Below are positions 11,940-25,823 of a DNA stretch of 64,000 nt, in pieces. The stretch covers positions 2,758,855 through 2,822,854 of the forward strand of contig JAHRHZ010000108.1 of the NCBI GenBank assembly GCA_024137785.1, read 5' to 3'. The notes under the pieces are model-generated. The model saw nothing but the letters and a program-made list of their open reading frames with translations, had not been told where the DNA came from and did not search any database. The first letter of the stretch is position 1, and the number at the start of each line of letters is the position of its first letter. The stretch is from Ginglymostoma cirratum (lineage: Eukaryota). The translations under genes were made by a program, and so were the position numbers.

Positions 11940-14900
11940 TAACAGCTAGCTCCCATACTGAAGTGAAAGAACTAAGCCACCTTCTGCTAACAGCAACTCA
12001 TGTATGCTGTTTATGAGAAATAGTACCATATAAAATACCTGCTTAAATTTAGACATTGCAGGCCTGACTTCAATGATGAAAATTACTTCCAACAGGTAAA
12101 GGACCCAGACCCAAATACATTTAAATTTAGAAACAATAATGCCTCAAAAGTAGACATCCTGGTTGTGGAAAGTTATTTACTGTCAAATACAGAAGACACT
12201 ACTGAAGTAGATTGAACAAATTCTTAATGCACAGAAAGTTTATTGAACAAATTAAAAACCTTCAGCTGTTGCTTTCAAGGGCTCAAGAGACTGAGAACTC
12301 AGGAGATAATGGACATTTCTCTTTGGATGATAACCTACCAGAAATTGTGCTTCTAGCAGGACCATCTGAGGTTTTCTGGTGTTCCATTAAGCTCAGTTAT
12401 TCTGTGCACAAACAAATAGTGTTAGCGAAGGTTCAAGCATTGACCAAGCATCAGCACTGGCTTTATGCGGCTTGTTTATCTCTTTGGGAAGCATCAGGTG
12501 AGGCTTGCATAGTTAGACCATAATGGCTGCTAAATGACGCATGCCTCGGGTACCATGATAGGCGGTTAAATTGCAACCATCAGAGAAGTATCCTTGATGC
12601 TGTGAAATTTTAAATCTGAGATAGTTATTTCTTGTTAAGGAAAGGTATTAAAGGATATGAGCCAAAGGCGGGTATGTGGAGTTAGGCCATATATCAGTAA
12701 AGATCTCATTGAATGGTAGAACAGGCTCAATGGGCTGAATGATCTAATTCTGTTCCTGCCTTCCTAACAGCTTGCACAGGAGAGAGTTTTTTTAAATTCA
12801 TTTTCTGGGATGTGGGTGTTGCTGGCCCATTTCTTGCCCATCCCTAGTTGCCCTTGAGAAGGTGGTGATGAGCTGCCTTCTTGAACCATTGCATTCCTCC
12901 TGCTGTGGGTTGACCCACAATGCTATTAGAGAGGGAATTCCAGGATTTTGACTCAGCGACAGTGGAGGAACTGCGATATATTTCCAAGTCAGGACGGTGA
13001 GTGACTTGGAGGGGAACTTGGAGGTGATGGTGTTCAAACATCGTGACAAGCAAAGAACGAAAGAGGGCATATTGTACTTGGCCATCTTCAAGCGTGTGGA
13101 TGAGGAGATACTGGGAGACATACTGGATTGAATGTTTCTTCTGCAAGGTTTTGAACTGAGTCCTTGCACATCTAAAAGGATTGTAATAGCCATTGTATTA
13201 CAGAAAGGGTATATGCAGGCTGTCCACCTTACACACAATAAATATCTGTGCAACACAATTCAGTTGATAATCAGAACTAGGATGGAGAGAAATTCAACAA
13301 AACTTTTTACCACAGCTAATTGGAAATGTCTTCTTGCTCTCCACAACAGCAATTTTTGCTGAGCAGCAGTAAAATAATAAATTCCATACACTTTTAACAA
13401 CAAATTGCACATTGCCTGTGCAATCAGGGAAGTCCATTGTTTCTGCCCAGTTTTGTACTGGGGAACCTTTCACATGCAGCGCAAATTAGAGAACCATGAC
13501 ACTGCAGAAATACAGACTGGTAGCTTCCTAGAATGTGAAACTGCTGCAGCCACACCATCGTTTTAACGGAAATATGTTGGTTTTGGCCAGGATAATTGGC
13601 AGATCTGTAGGAAAAAAAAGCTAATGAAGCAACCTGAAATAAACCAGCATTGCACACAGTATGTGAACATTCCACATTCCAGGCCAACATTTTTTGTGTC
13701 AGTTTAAAGTTCGAATTAGCTTCAATGTTCTCCTGTCTGTGACTCGTGATTGAGCTCCCTTTCTGGACAGTTTCAATTTCCTTTCGACAGACTTTCAGCC
13801 CAAATGCCAGATGATTCGAGGGGTTTCATAGTCAGGACATTTCATTTCATATACAAAGACTTCTATTGGTTTCACCTTGGTGTAGTAGCTTGTTCTGAGG
13901 TCAAAACTGCCCACGTGGTCATCATACGTGTGCCCAATGTTGTATTTCATTCTGCCCAATCAATAATGATATCACTCGCTTTTTCACTCGATATCTGCAA
14001 CTACTTAAAATAAAATCAGCCAGCAACAGCTAAAATGTCCTCTGCTGAAGACTTGGACATTACTCATGATCAAAACCTCATGACATGTTAGACATTGTGG
14101 GTTGATGAACTTATTTTGAGACATGCCACAGAGCGAACGTAACAAATCTTTCAGACTCCACACGTGGTTAGTATTTAGAAAACGAAATGACTGACGCGAA
14201 TTTGCCTCCAATTATGAAACTCACATCATCAGTTGACTTCAGCTTCTAGTGGAGAGGAGCTCTCATGCCCAAACAATGTGATTGACAAACTCTTAGGACA
14301 AGTGTGGTAGTGGTGAGATTTTTACTCACACCTCCAAGGACATTGGTACTTACAAACAAACACTCTAGATAAGTGCATCTGCTGGTATTGCCACTTCAAT
14401 AAAACCTTTATGTCTCTTGCTGTAGACTGAATAAGAAAGATTGTGTTTTACTGGACTGAAGACTGTCAGTTGAGATGTTGTGACCTTTGATGGAAGCTGA
14501 TATCCATCATCCATGTGGTACTTCTGGCTGAAGATCACTTCGAATTGCTCCAGCTTTATCGTTCGCTCTCACGTGCTGGGATCCCAAACATTGAAGTTCG
14601 GGATAAAACAAAAGAACAACCAGTGCTGAAAATCTGAGACACAAACAGAGATTTATGGAAAACTCACCCCATCCAGCAGCAATGTGGAGAGACCGCAGAG
14701 TTAACCCTTCAAGTCCAGTAATCTTTCTTCAGAACTTCTTCAGGTATTTTGAGCTTATCTAGCAATTCATCTTTTTGAAGATGGGGATATTGTGGACCTT
14801 CATCCTCTACCGGTTTGTTTAATTGTCTACCCCTATTCACAATTGGATATGGCAGGACCTCAGAGCTTAGATCTGATCCTTTGATTGCAGGATAATATAA

Positions 14901-16564
14901 CTTTGTCTTTTATTCGCTGCTTTTGTTCTTTGGCATGCAGATAGTTTTTCTTTGTAGCTTCACCTCATTTTACACCTCTTTCTTAGCTTTGCCTTGAATG
15001 GACCCCTATGCTCTTCTTTGAACCTTGCCTCGATGTGAATAGTAGAGTGGAGATACGCCAGGTAACAATGTCGCAGATAACATTGGAGTATGATTCTGTT
15101 GCTGCTGATGTCAATCCTGAGTTACTCAATCTGTTCGAAATCTATCTCATTTAGCACGCCTCCAGAAGATCAGTACTAGAAAGGAAAGAGACAGTCAACT
15201 CCAATACAGTCTTCTAACGTTGGAATTTGGCAAGACTCCTTCCTGGCAACAGCAAGAATCAATCAATTAGTTGTTGTCAGGTTTGTGGTCTATGTCATCC
15301 ACAACTGGTCTCACGTACATAAACTAACCAGCTTCTTCTTACCAGCTGAATGATGCTTTGTGCACCCTTACCCCTACTGAGAGCTTCAGAGCTACAACCA
15401 TCCGACCCTACTGCTTAAGCAAAGAAGCAGATTAAATGCAACATGCAATCAGCTTCAGCCACTTGTTTTTAAAAAGCACAGCAATTCCTTTCACAGACTT
15501 TGCTCCTTAAAATAGACCTTTTTCCCAATTCACCATAACGCAAAAGAAAAAAAAACATTTTTCACTTCCTGAAACATCTGAGGTGGGGAATTCCACAGAT
15601 TCACAACTCTCTCTTTAAAACAAAAATCTGGATTAAAATCCGACAGAGCTGGAGAAACACAGCCAGAAACTTCGGCAGCATGTATTACATGTGAAGCAAA
15701 GTTTATGTTTGGAGTGTAATTCTGTTCTTCTGAGTTTGGTAAACAGTTGCCATGTCAGATAGCTTTTTGTTAGCCATGAGCTGAAATAGAGGGGACTTGC
15801 GTACATACGAGAGAAACTCTTGTCTGGATGTCATTCATTGTGAGCGAGTGCGGATTCCACGGGAGCATATGAATGTAGCTATACTGAACTCCAGTTATCC
15901 GGGATGACAGACGGCTAGAATTAATCTGGTGACACATGAAATTGAGACTGGCTAACCTGACGATGTGGATGCAGAATATAACTTTATGAAGCAAAAAAAA
16001 ATCACAAAATTCACACCCACTAAACCGAAAAGAAGTCAGCAACAAATGCGAGGGTGCAGCACTGAATGTGATCTTGCTGAATGCAACAGTGAGTACTGCA
16101 ACTATCCACATTAAATATAACAACACACACATGGACCAATATGCAAATACCTTTGAAGACAGAATATAACTCTACTTAACCAGATCTGTCTACAATATGT
16201 AAGCAGACCCACATAGTAAAATTGATGTACAGTCTCAGAGAGATTTAGCATTGTACCTGACTAGTCATTGCACCAGTCCTACATTTATCAGGAGTGAGAT
16301 GGCACTGATTGCAAATTTTTCAGAAAAGAATTACATTTTTGAGCATATTATGTCATAAACAATGATGTTTTGTCTAGACACTCATAGTTTGGTCATTATA
16401 TTCTTGAGAAAATGCGCAAGCTGGTTATTAAGTGATCTCTTGGTTTTTCAGTTTATTACCATGTCAAACCTCATGAAAACAAAAATATTTTATTCCATCC
16501 AACAAAATCCAGCAAGCAGCAGATGCACCAATCTTATTACTAAATTACCTTCTGAAAAATATCT

Positions 16565-16649
16565 AATTAACTCCTTGGGACCTGGCATTAGGTATAATTA
16601 TCACCAATCTTCAGTGAATTACACAATGTGCTCAGAGCTTCTGGCAGAA
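16565..16649 (+). promoter_or_regulatory. TATA-containing proximal promoter/5'UTR of GPCR paralog 1
   Basis: TATAAT at 16593, 57 nt before the ATG. Blocks AATTA.CTCC.TGG, CTTCAGTGAA and GAGCTTCT are shared with paralog 2. Confidence 0.6.
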
Positions 16650-16719
16650 ATGCACGGAATACCAAAGGGTCTACTGTTTTCCATTTACTATCCCATCATT
16701 GCAGTTATCGGGATTCCAG
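16650..16719 (+). CDS. GPR139/GPR142-like class A GPCR, paralog 1, coding exon 1 (MHGIPKGLLFSIYYPIIAVIGIP-)
   Basis: ATGCAC start is conserved with paralog 2. Phase-1 donor CCAG|GTTAAG at 16719/16720; G+CT joins exon 2 to give GIP-A-NLVV (TM1). An upstream in-frame ATG at 16626 is not aligned with paralog 2. Confidence 0.88.
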
Positions 16720-18542
16720 GTTAAGTTTGGTACTTACTTAGTAACTATGTCAATCATCTCTGAACTGCATTATTTGTACCATTTTAACGACATCTCCTTT
16801 TTCCTCTCATGATGCATATTATCTTTCTTGACGGTATATTTTCTTTGCTCTAACTTGTCTAAACTATCCTCTTGTACAAAATCATTTCCCACCTTAATGC
16901 TATCAATTCATCATTCAGATGAAAGAATCTACCAAATGGTGACAATTTCTCAGTATTAATAGCGCAATTTTCTTCTTGGGAATTGTTACATAACCAGTTT
17001 AACAGGGAACATTTTTTCTCATGCTATTATAGTTTCACCCCTTTTGAGATGTACTATCTTGTGACGCTGCTGTGCCATTGTGTTATTTATATTTTCTTCA
17101 TTTATGACTAACTACTCAACATGTATATAAGGTGTGATTTTTATTCTCACTGTTTTTGTATGAAGTTTTCTTCTTGTTTTTAAAGTGCAAAGACATTCCT
17201 ATTGTATTACTGCCAATGCTGTTATGATCAAGTCATGCAAAGATACTATAGTGTAAATGTAATTTTATTGAGCCATTGGCGCGGTTGCTGTTGGCAAATC
17301 CTTGATCCATTATCGCAGTGTAACTGAAGCCTCACTGCAGCATTGATGGGATTACTGTGTGTGGTCTTACAGTTATCACTGTAAAAATATCACTTTCCTA
17401 CATGGCTGATGCAATTGAAGTAGGTGATTAACAAACTGTTGTCAGCGTATTGTGTGTAAAATACCATTATATTATCACAGAATCAATGAAGAATTATTGC
17501 GCCATTCACTTTGTCAATTAGTGATGTTACTAAAAATGATTAAAAATAGCGAGGTTGAAGTACTGAAGAATTCCTTGCTGAATTTGATATATCAATTTTC
17601 TGAACAGGTATTATTAGGCATAGGTATGGCTTCAGATCTAAATGTCAATAAGCTCTTGTCATTTGACTATGAAATTGTAACTGTCCATACATTACAGAGC
17701 ACGCTACCTTTTTTTCTCAGTCTCTAAGACGCACTGTTCACATCTAATTCTCCACTTTCACACGGTCCGCTGCTAATGTTGTTAGACTGACAACTGTTGA
17801 GAGTCAGATTTTCCTCTGATACCAGTACCTAACAATGTGGTATATTCTTTCCACCTTCAGCACTTTTTCCAAGTTGAGTGAGAAACCATAACTGGTAACA
17901 TCTCTGAAATCGATGGTATAATACTTTTATTTCAAATATCACCTATAGGATGAAGTTAATCAACTGTTACATGGATTACAGACCAACACTGATGAAGTTA
18001 CTGCATTCCTGAATTCAGTAGGACAGTCTTCCTCTGAATCAGATCTCTTCATCTGCTACTTCCAATGGTTCGAGAGAAGATCCATTTCACTGTATACTTA
18101 AGAGCTCTGAATTATCAGTGGCCCTGACCATCATCTATCTTATGTTATTGCTGCTGTGTTGACTGAAATTTTGGTTGCGTGGTTCATGTTTGTCTATTTA
18201 AGGATTACGCAAATCAAGTTGACTTACAATTTCCACAACAGTGATTGGTTGTACAGTAACACATTGGAATGAATCACATTGATTCACAGTGAGATATAAT
18301 ATTGGTTAATTTTAGTTTCCCAGTATTTTATTATGCACCTTCACATATTCTATAATTCTTTGTTGATTCAACTTTCCTGGCTTATTCAATTCTACTGCAT
18401 TGCCTTGCGGTGTTTTTGAAACCATAGTGTTTTTGTTTAGATCTCATTGGAAATCTCTCCATCTCTCTGTCTTTATTCCACATAATTTCACTCTCTCTCT
18501 CCCTTCCCGCTTCCCCCCCCACCCGCCTTCCTTTTGTTACAG

Positions 18543-19453
18543 CTAACCTGGTTGTGATTGTGATCCTGTCTCAAAGAACATGCGGTCTCTCTGGGTGTAT
18601 CGCTTATTACCTCGTCTCAATGGCAGCGACAGATCTCCTGGTCATAGTTACTGCTGTCCTATTGAACCGGATTGCTGGGATTTATTTTCCGTTAAGTTTC
18701 CTTTCCATCACCCCATTGTGCAGTTTACGTTCTGCCCTAATTTATGCATCTATAGACAGTTCTGTCTGGTTAACAGTCACTTTTACCTTTGACCGATTTG
18801 TTGCCATTTCATGTCTAAAGCTGAAAATAAGATATTGCACTAAGATGATGGCAGCACAGGTTATAGGAATCGTGTCTGTCTTGAGTTGTGTAAAAAATGC
18901 CTTCTTATATTTTGTTTATGAACCTGTGTACAGAATTAACAATATACCGTGGTTCTGTAGCGCAAAATTAATATTTTACACATCACCTGTATGGGCTGCA
19001 TATGACTGGATGCGATCCATTGTAACCCCTAGTCTCCCATTCATTTTGATTATATTGCTCAATGCTCTGACTGTCAGACATGTTCTAGCAGCCAATAGAG
19101 CCCGCAGGAGAGTTCGGGCTCAGAACAATGGAGAGCACCAGAGTGATCCAGAGGTGGAGAAGCGGAGAAAGTCCATTGTTTTACTTTTTGCCATCTCCTG
19201 CAATTTCATCCTACTCTATTTACTATTCATGGTAACAATCCTCTATGTTAGAATTGCTGATGTTACTTATTTCTCAGGTTCTGATTCCAGTGAATCAACA
19301 TTCGTTCTTGAGGAATATGGGTTTATGCTTCAGCTTCTGAGTTCCTGCATCAACCCATTTATTTATGCAGGAGTACAAGCTAAATTCAGAGCAGAATTAA
19401 TAAATGGTGTGAAATATCCATGGAGGTTATTGCATAAGTCACTCAAATTGTGA
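18543..19453 (+). CDS. GPR139/GPR142-like class A GPCR, paralog 1, coding exon 2
   Basis: Pyrimidine tract then TTACAG acceptor at 18542. Open frame to TGA with MAATDLL (TM2), SVWLTVTFTFDRFVAI (TM3, DRF), WFC in ECL2 and CINPFIY (NPxxY). Total 981 nt = 326 aa. Confidence 0.93.
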
Positions 19454-19469
19454 CAAGAGATTCACAGAC

Positions 19470-19870
19470 TCACAGTGTGTTACAGCACAGAAACAAACAC
19501 TTCAGTCCAACTTGTCCAGGCTGATGAAGCTTCCCAAACTAAACCAGTCCCGTTTGCATTTGGCCTATGTCCCTCTAAACCTTTCCTATTCATGTACCTG
19601 TCCAAGTGTCTTCTAAATGTTTTAACTGTACCTGCACCTACCACTTCTTCTGGCAGCTTATTCCACACACAATACCACTCTCTGTGTGATGAATCTCTCC
19701 CTCAGGTCCCTTTTGAATCTTTCTCCTCTCACATTAAAAATATGGCCTCCAGTTTTGAACTCTCCTAACCCAGGGAAAAGACGTTTGCTATCCACCTTAC
19801 CTATGCCTTTCATGATTTTATAAACATCTACAAGGTCATCTCTCAACTTCCTGTGCTCCAGTGAAAAATG
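19470..19870 (-). mobile_element. CR1 3' fragment directly after the GPCR1 stop codon
   Basis: VYKIMKG, FITQRVV and WNKLP motifs. Confidence 0.85.
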
Positions 19871-22077
19871 TCCACACTAGTTCCATGGAGACACTGCTGT
19901 ATCATTCTCATATTTGGCTTCTGCTTCCACATGCACATAAAGGCCAATTAAAATTTAACTTCAAGCTTCAAGAAAGATATGTAGACATATTGATAAATCA
20001 ATACTTTTTTCAGACATTCAAGAAACTAACAACTTACTTTAAAGCTAGGCAACATCATTTGAAACTAAGAAGCCAAGGCGCTGATGGGAGGAAAATCAAG
20101 TTATTTATTAACACTTTGGGAAAATTCTGCATCAGTAGTTTGTGACATCCCAATATTTCCTCTCCATGTCCAGATTGCACATAGCACCTCTTCCAAGGAA
20201 TTCCTTTTCTAAGTTTGATCAGTGAATGATCTCAATGCTTTTATTTTCAGCTCTCTTGGCCGTATGGTCACACATGCATTCTTATGAGCATTCACGGCAC
20301 TGATGATCACTGTAAAGTGATATCAAATAATCATTCAAATGTTATTCTACAAAATAACACCATTCTGTCCATTGTGCCAGCACTGATGCTGCAAGTGGAC
20401 ATTATGATTTAGTGCCATTTTCCTACCATTTCCCCATAAACCCGCCATTACTGCTTTTAAATAATCATGCAATGCCCAACTCGTTGCCTTGATCGATCTT
20501 GCCTTGTCCACTATTCCAGAAAGTGCATTCCAGAACTTCTTACATTATAAAGCATATTTTCTTCGACAGCATTTGTTTCATTTGCAAGTTCCCTTTAATC
20601 TTTGTCCTCCCATTCACTATCTTTGCATAAGTGGGAACAGTTTATCCCTATCTTTCAGCCTGAATCTCACATGATTTTCAAATCACCTATTTGCTCTCTT
20701 TACAACCTTGTCCTCTCCAAGGGAAATTGTCCCAATTTCTCCAATCTCACTTTTTACCTGAAACTCTTCATTCCTGGGAACATTTTTGTAGATCTCTGCA
20801 GAATCCTCTCCAATGCATTCCCACCTTCCCTTGAATGTCCACAACTGTACAAAATACTTCAGCTGATGACTAACTAATGTCTTGATAAAATGCAGCATTA
20901 TCTCCTTTCTCTTGTAGTCTGTGACTGAGTTAATGACAACCCCTAGGCTACTGTATGCTCTATGAATGAAATATGAATAACAAGCCATTTCTCATTCCAT
21001 TGAATCCATGAATAAAACATTTAAAATTATCTTCTGCAAGACAATTGTGTGGTTCTACTTTCTTGCTACTTTCTGTTCCCATTTCTCAGTCATTCCACAG
21101 AAAGTAATAATAAAACAAAAGGGGCAATGTAAATCCTTATCCGTTTACATTATTGCAATTGAATTTTCATTTTGTAGAGACCAGGGTCAGAGTGAGATGG
21201 AAACAGGAGGTTTGGGGGGAATTGCTGGTGCTGATAATGAATGTCAAATTGACAATGTGGTATCTGTCGGCTGCTGTTTGGAATTGGACGGTCGTTAGAT
21301 CGATTGCATGGTGAACACCAGTTGTCACTTCTCTGTTCAGTGGAAGAAATTGGAGCAGGAAATGAGTATTCCATGAATTCACCAACACGTGTTTCTTAAT
21401 TAACAGCAGATTGTGAAAAATACATTCTCACTATTTATTTCATTGCAATTTTAGAAATTTGACATATTCAAATTGACAACTATTGCCTCACCCACCTTCA
21501 ATGCCTCACCCGTTCCACTAGGAACACGGCCAAAAAATACGGTAACTTGTCTCAAAGGGACCTTTAAAATGTGCGCTATTAAAATTTCCATTACCTGAAA
21601 ATGCAACTCCACAATTTTCTCATCAAGATCTTTCTAATATTAGACTTTCTCTCAATGTTGTTATAAGATCTGAAATAGCTGTACCCTTATCCTGCATCTA
21701 ATTGCTTTAAAATATTTACAATTTTAACTTTTTCAATCTTGATTGTCAGGCCTACATTTGAAAATACTTGAATTGGATGAGCCTGCCATAGGAGTTACCA
21801 TGTAGGACCTGAATTGGCATTATCAGTGCAGTTGTTCTGAAATGACTATATCAACACTGAGTGTAGTCCCTACTGAACAGAATATATAAGAAAATGCTGA
21901 CAATACAAAGAAGACCAGAAGACGTCTGTAGAGAGAGAATGACAGTTGACTCTTCAATGCTTCTTGCTGCTCCTGGAATGATAACTGTCCTCAATCAGTC
22001 TTACCCTTCTTAATTAATGGTGGGGACATTTATTGTGGAAACATGGGAAAAGTTTAATCCCACCCACTGCAGACACA

Positions 22078-22500
22078 TAGAGCCATAGAGTCATACAACA
22101 TGGAAACAGACCCTTTGGTCCATTTCATCTGCTCTGACGAGACATCCCAATCTGACATAGCCTCATTTGCCAGCATTTGGCCCATGTCCCTCAAAACACT
22201 TCCTATTTGTATACCCATCCAATTGCCTTTTAAATGCAGTAATTATACCCGCCTCCACCTCTTGGTCTACCAGCTAGTTCCATACATGCACCAACCTCTG
22301 TGTGAAAATGTTACCCTTCAGGTCTTTTTTTTTTAAACCTTTTACCTTAAACCTATGTCCTCTAGTTTTGGACTCCCCAACCCTGGGAAAAAGACCTTGG
22401 CTATTCACCCTATCCATGCCCCTCATGATTTTGTAAACCTCTATAAGGTCACCTCTCAGCCTCCAATGCTCCAGCCTATTCAGCCTCTCCCTATAATCCA
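22078..22500 (-). mobile_element. CR1 3' fragment
   Basis: RLRGDLIEVYKIMRG, FTQRLVHVWN. Confidence 0.85.
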
Positions 22501-23938
22501 TATTTCCTGGTATCAGCTCCATCCTTCAACCAGGGCAGTCACCCCTTGAACTCAACTATACTGACTGTCTGGAAGGTGGAGGTTCGAATTCTCAATTTAT
22601 AGGAAAGAGAATTGTGAAATGTATCACATCAGAGTCAATCGTCCAGCATCTTAAAGAAGCAAAAACTGCCTTGACTGCTTGGTGTCCATGGGATAGTTCT
22701 CTTCCATTTCTGGATCCAGAGTTTTGAAAGTTTCACAAAGTAGGAGACTGGGATTTCTGTTTTGTTTCCTTCCAAATTCTTATCTGATAACTGATAATAT
22801 TTTTTTAAAAATCTCATCACATTTCTAAGTCTGGCATGATGTCCAGGGAAGAGGAGTTGTGGAAAAATTCTAGCGATTGGGATTGTTCTCTTTAGAGACA
22901 AAATAAATTAACGAGAGATTTCATGGGGTTGTTTATAAGGATTGAGGGGTTTTAGGTGGTCGGGGGGATTGGGGCATGGTGGGGGACAGGGTTCAGTGAG
23001 GGTGGAACAGAAGGTTGACAGAGCAAACTGTCTCCACTGATGAGAGTCAAGAATTGGAGAACTGGAACTGAAGATCATTCAAGGAAAGATAATCTGGTAT
23101 CTCTATTTGAATTTATTTGCATATAACCATTGTATAATTTGTTACAAATAACTTTAAACTGGAACAGGGTGCAGTGAGGTGGGTGTGGGGGCAGGGCGAA
23201 TAAGATTTTATTATGACACTTGATATCTGTTTGAGTCTCAACACATTGTCTCACTTCTCAGTCTTCCTGCTTTAAAGCAAGTCCCACCAAATCAGGAGAT
23301 TATGCATCTCTTAATGACCATATACATGGGAAAACCTTTCCTAATCTCCAGAGTTCCATATCAATGGTAAATGACAAGGAAGTATCTTGCTGAACTTGTT
23401 AAGCTTCCTGTGGTCAAAGCAGCTGAGCACAAGGGGAGAAGGTGGATTTTTTTCTCTCTCTCTGGAATGAGTTGAGAGAAGATGGAATGACTGTGAAAAC
23501 AGGGAACAATTCCAAAAGGATTCAGCACAGAAAGTGGTAAATCGGCCTGAAGTGCTAGTTTGAAAGATAAGTTTTTATTTAAATTCATTAACAGGAGGAG
23601 GGAGTGGCTGGCTAGCCAGCATTAATCATCCATCCCTAATTGCCCAAAGGTTAGTTCAGAGCAACTACATTGGCATGGAATCATATGTAGGCCAGACCAA
23701 GAAAGGATGCCTGTTTCCTTCCCCAAGGACATTAGTGAGCCAGATGAGTTTTTCCCCTGATAATTGATTCATGGTCATCATTAGATTGTTAATTCCAGGT
23801 ATTTTATTGAATTCAAATTCCACCATCTGTCACAGCAGGATTTGAACCTGGGATCCAAGAATGTTATCAGGGTCTCTGGATTAACAGTTCAGCAAGGATA
23901 CCACTAGGTCATCACCTCCCCACTTGTGAGCAATTCAT

Positions 23939-24236
23939 CATAGAATCCCTACAGTGTGGAAACAGGCCCTTCGGCCCAACAAGTCCACACCAAACCTCAG
24001 AGCATCCCACCCAGACCCACACCTCCCTGAACACTACAGGCAATTTAGCATGGCCAATCCACCTAACCTGCACATCTTTGGACTGTGGGAGGAAACCCGA
24101 GCACCCAGAGGAAACCCACACAGACACGGGGAGAATGTGCAAACTCCACACAGACAGACACCCAAGGCTGGAATTGAACCCAGGTCCCTGGTGCTGTGAG
24201 GCAGCAGTGCTAACCACTGAGCCACCGTGCCACCCT
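23939..24236 (-). mobile_element. HE1-type tRNA-derived SINE; other copies at 2403-2728(+), 5832-6115(-), 8205-8465(-), 37420-37620(+), 54862-55027(+), 60867-61166(+)
   Basis: A-box GTGGCTCAGTGGTTAGC, B-box GGTTCAATTCC, core TGTGTGGAGTTTGCACATTCTCCC, tail GGGATTCTATGA. Confidence 0.88.
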
Positions 24237-25437
24237 AACTGATCAGGAATGATACTTGTCCTAGTCTAAACACTAGGCAATCAACTCTGTCCATATGTTA
24301 CAGAATAATTCCTGCAAGTTCAACTCAGAAATAGTGAAAAACCTAGTCATCAGCATTTGAACCTGCGCAGAGCAACCCAAACATATTTCTAACTCATTGC
24401 CACGACAACTGGCACCTGACAACAGGCTTTGAATTTGCACTAACATTTTTGGTATAATATTAGTGACTTGTTACATCAGATACAAAGTATAACTCACTGC
24501 ACCTTTCAGTGTCAGCCACCCAGTCTTTTCCTCAGTCACTTGCAATGTCTGCACTCCCCCATTTTTCTGACTGCTAAAAGGCAAGAATACACTGTCGACT
24601 TCTCCATCACTCAAGAAATGCATCAAATTGCATGGTCTCCTGTGGTAGCATTGGAACTCACGCCTCCAACAAGAAACAAGCCTAAATCCAATGCCCTAGA
24701 CTGCAGAGCCATGCTAACTGAGTGACTTGTATTGTCAAAACCCTTGACTGATATTGGCACTGAGTTAGAATGTAAACTATGAACAGGGCCCCATTCCTCA
24801 TGCCTTTAAGATGTTCTTCTTTCACAATGGATTTGATGCACTGTAGGTGACTGTGACATCTCCATCACTTATTGTCCATCCCCAGGTGCCCCTGAGTAGA
24901 TGCTGAGTGGCATTTTCATGTAAATTGATGACTTGTTATTTCTCCTTGTCCAACAGTCCTTCTTAAGGTCGATCTCAGACCTTCCCTGCTGCTTGATTTA
25001 CAAAGTGACTCTTGCCTTTATGATCAGAAGATTTTGCAGATACTCAGCAGCTCAGGAGGTACCTGTTGATACAGGAACAGAGGTAATGTTTGAGCTCAAT
25101 TACCCTCCATCAGAACTGTGGAAAGTGAGAGATCTTAGAGGTTTCAAACAAATTCTCAGAGAGGGAAAGGGGAGAGGAGGAAAGAAGAAAAAAAGCAAGC
25201 TCCTTGATAGGTGGAAGACTGGAGAGATTCAATATCAAAAGGGAAAATCGTGAATGACAGAAGGAGATGAGAATGGAAGAAAAAAATTAACACAGGTTGA
25301 TTGAAATATTCTGGACCAATGAGCTCCCTCTGCTGTGGAGAGAGATAAAAGGTACTGCAGATGCTGGAGAATCTGAGATAACAAGCGTGGGGCTGGATGA
25401 ACACAGCAGGTCAAGCAGCATCATAGGAGCAGGAAAA

Positions 25438-25471
25438 CTTGACATTTCGGGCCTAGACCCTTCATCAGAAA
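25438..25471 (-). ncRNA. Hammerhead ribozyme motif at the 3' terminus of the long PLE
   Basis: Minus strand TTT CTGATGA A GGGTCTAGGCCC GAAA TGTC AAG; same strand as the PLE ORF. Confidence 0.65.
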
Positions 25472-25723
25472 TGGGGGAGGGGAAGAGGGTTCTGAAATAA
25501 ATAGGGAGAAAGGGGGAGGCAGATAGAGGATGTACAGAGGAGAGGATAGGTGGAGAGGAGGCAGACAAGTCAAAGAGGTGGGGATGCAGCCAGTAAAGGT
25601 GAGTGTAGGTAGCGGAGTAGGGAGGAGATAGGTCAGTCCAGGGAGGACGGACAGGTCAAGGGGGCGGGATGATGTTAGTAGACAGGAGATGGGGGTGGGG
25701 CTTGAGGTGGGAGGAGGGGATAG

Positions 25724-25823
25724 NNNNNNNNNNNNNNNNNNNNNNNNNNNNNNNNNNNNNNNNNNNNNNNNNNNNNNNNNNNNNNNNNNNNNNNNNNNNN
25801 NNNNNNNNNNNNNNNNNNNNNNN
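25724..25823. other. Assembly gap (100 N placeholder)
   Basis: Run of N. Confidence 1.

Noticed and set aside
16362-16649. 120-aa ORF as the GPCR1 N-terminus
   Set aside because: It runs through the conserved TATA region; only the part from ATG 16650 is conserved in paralog 2.
23939-24236. tRNA gene calls at the A/B-box sequences here and in other copies
   Set aside because: These are SINE heads followed by SINE core and LINE-derived tails, not cloverleaf tRNA genes.
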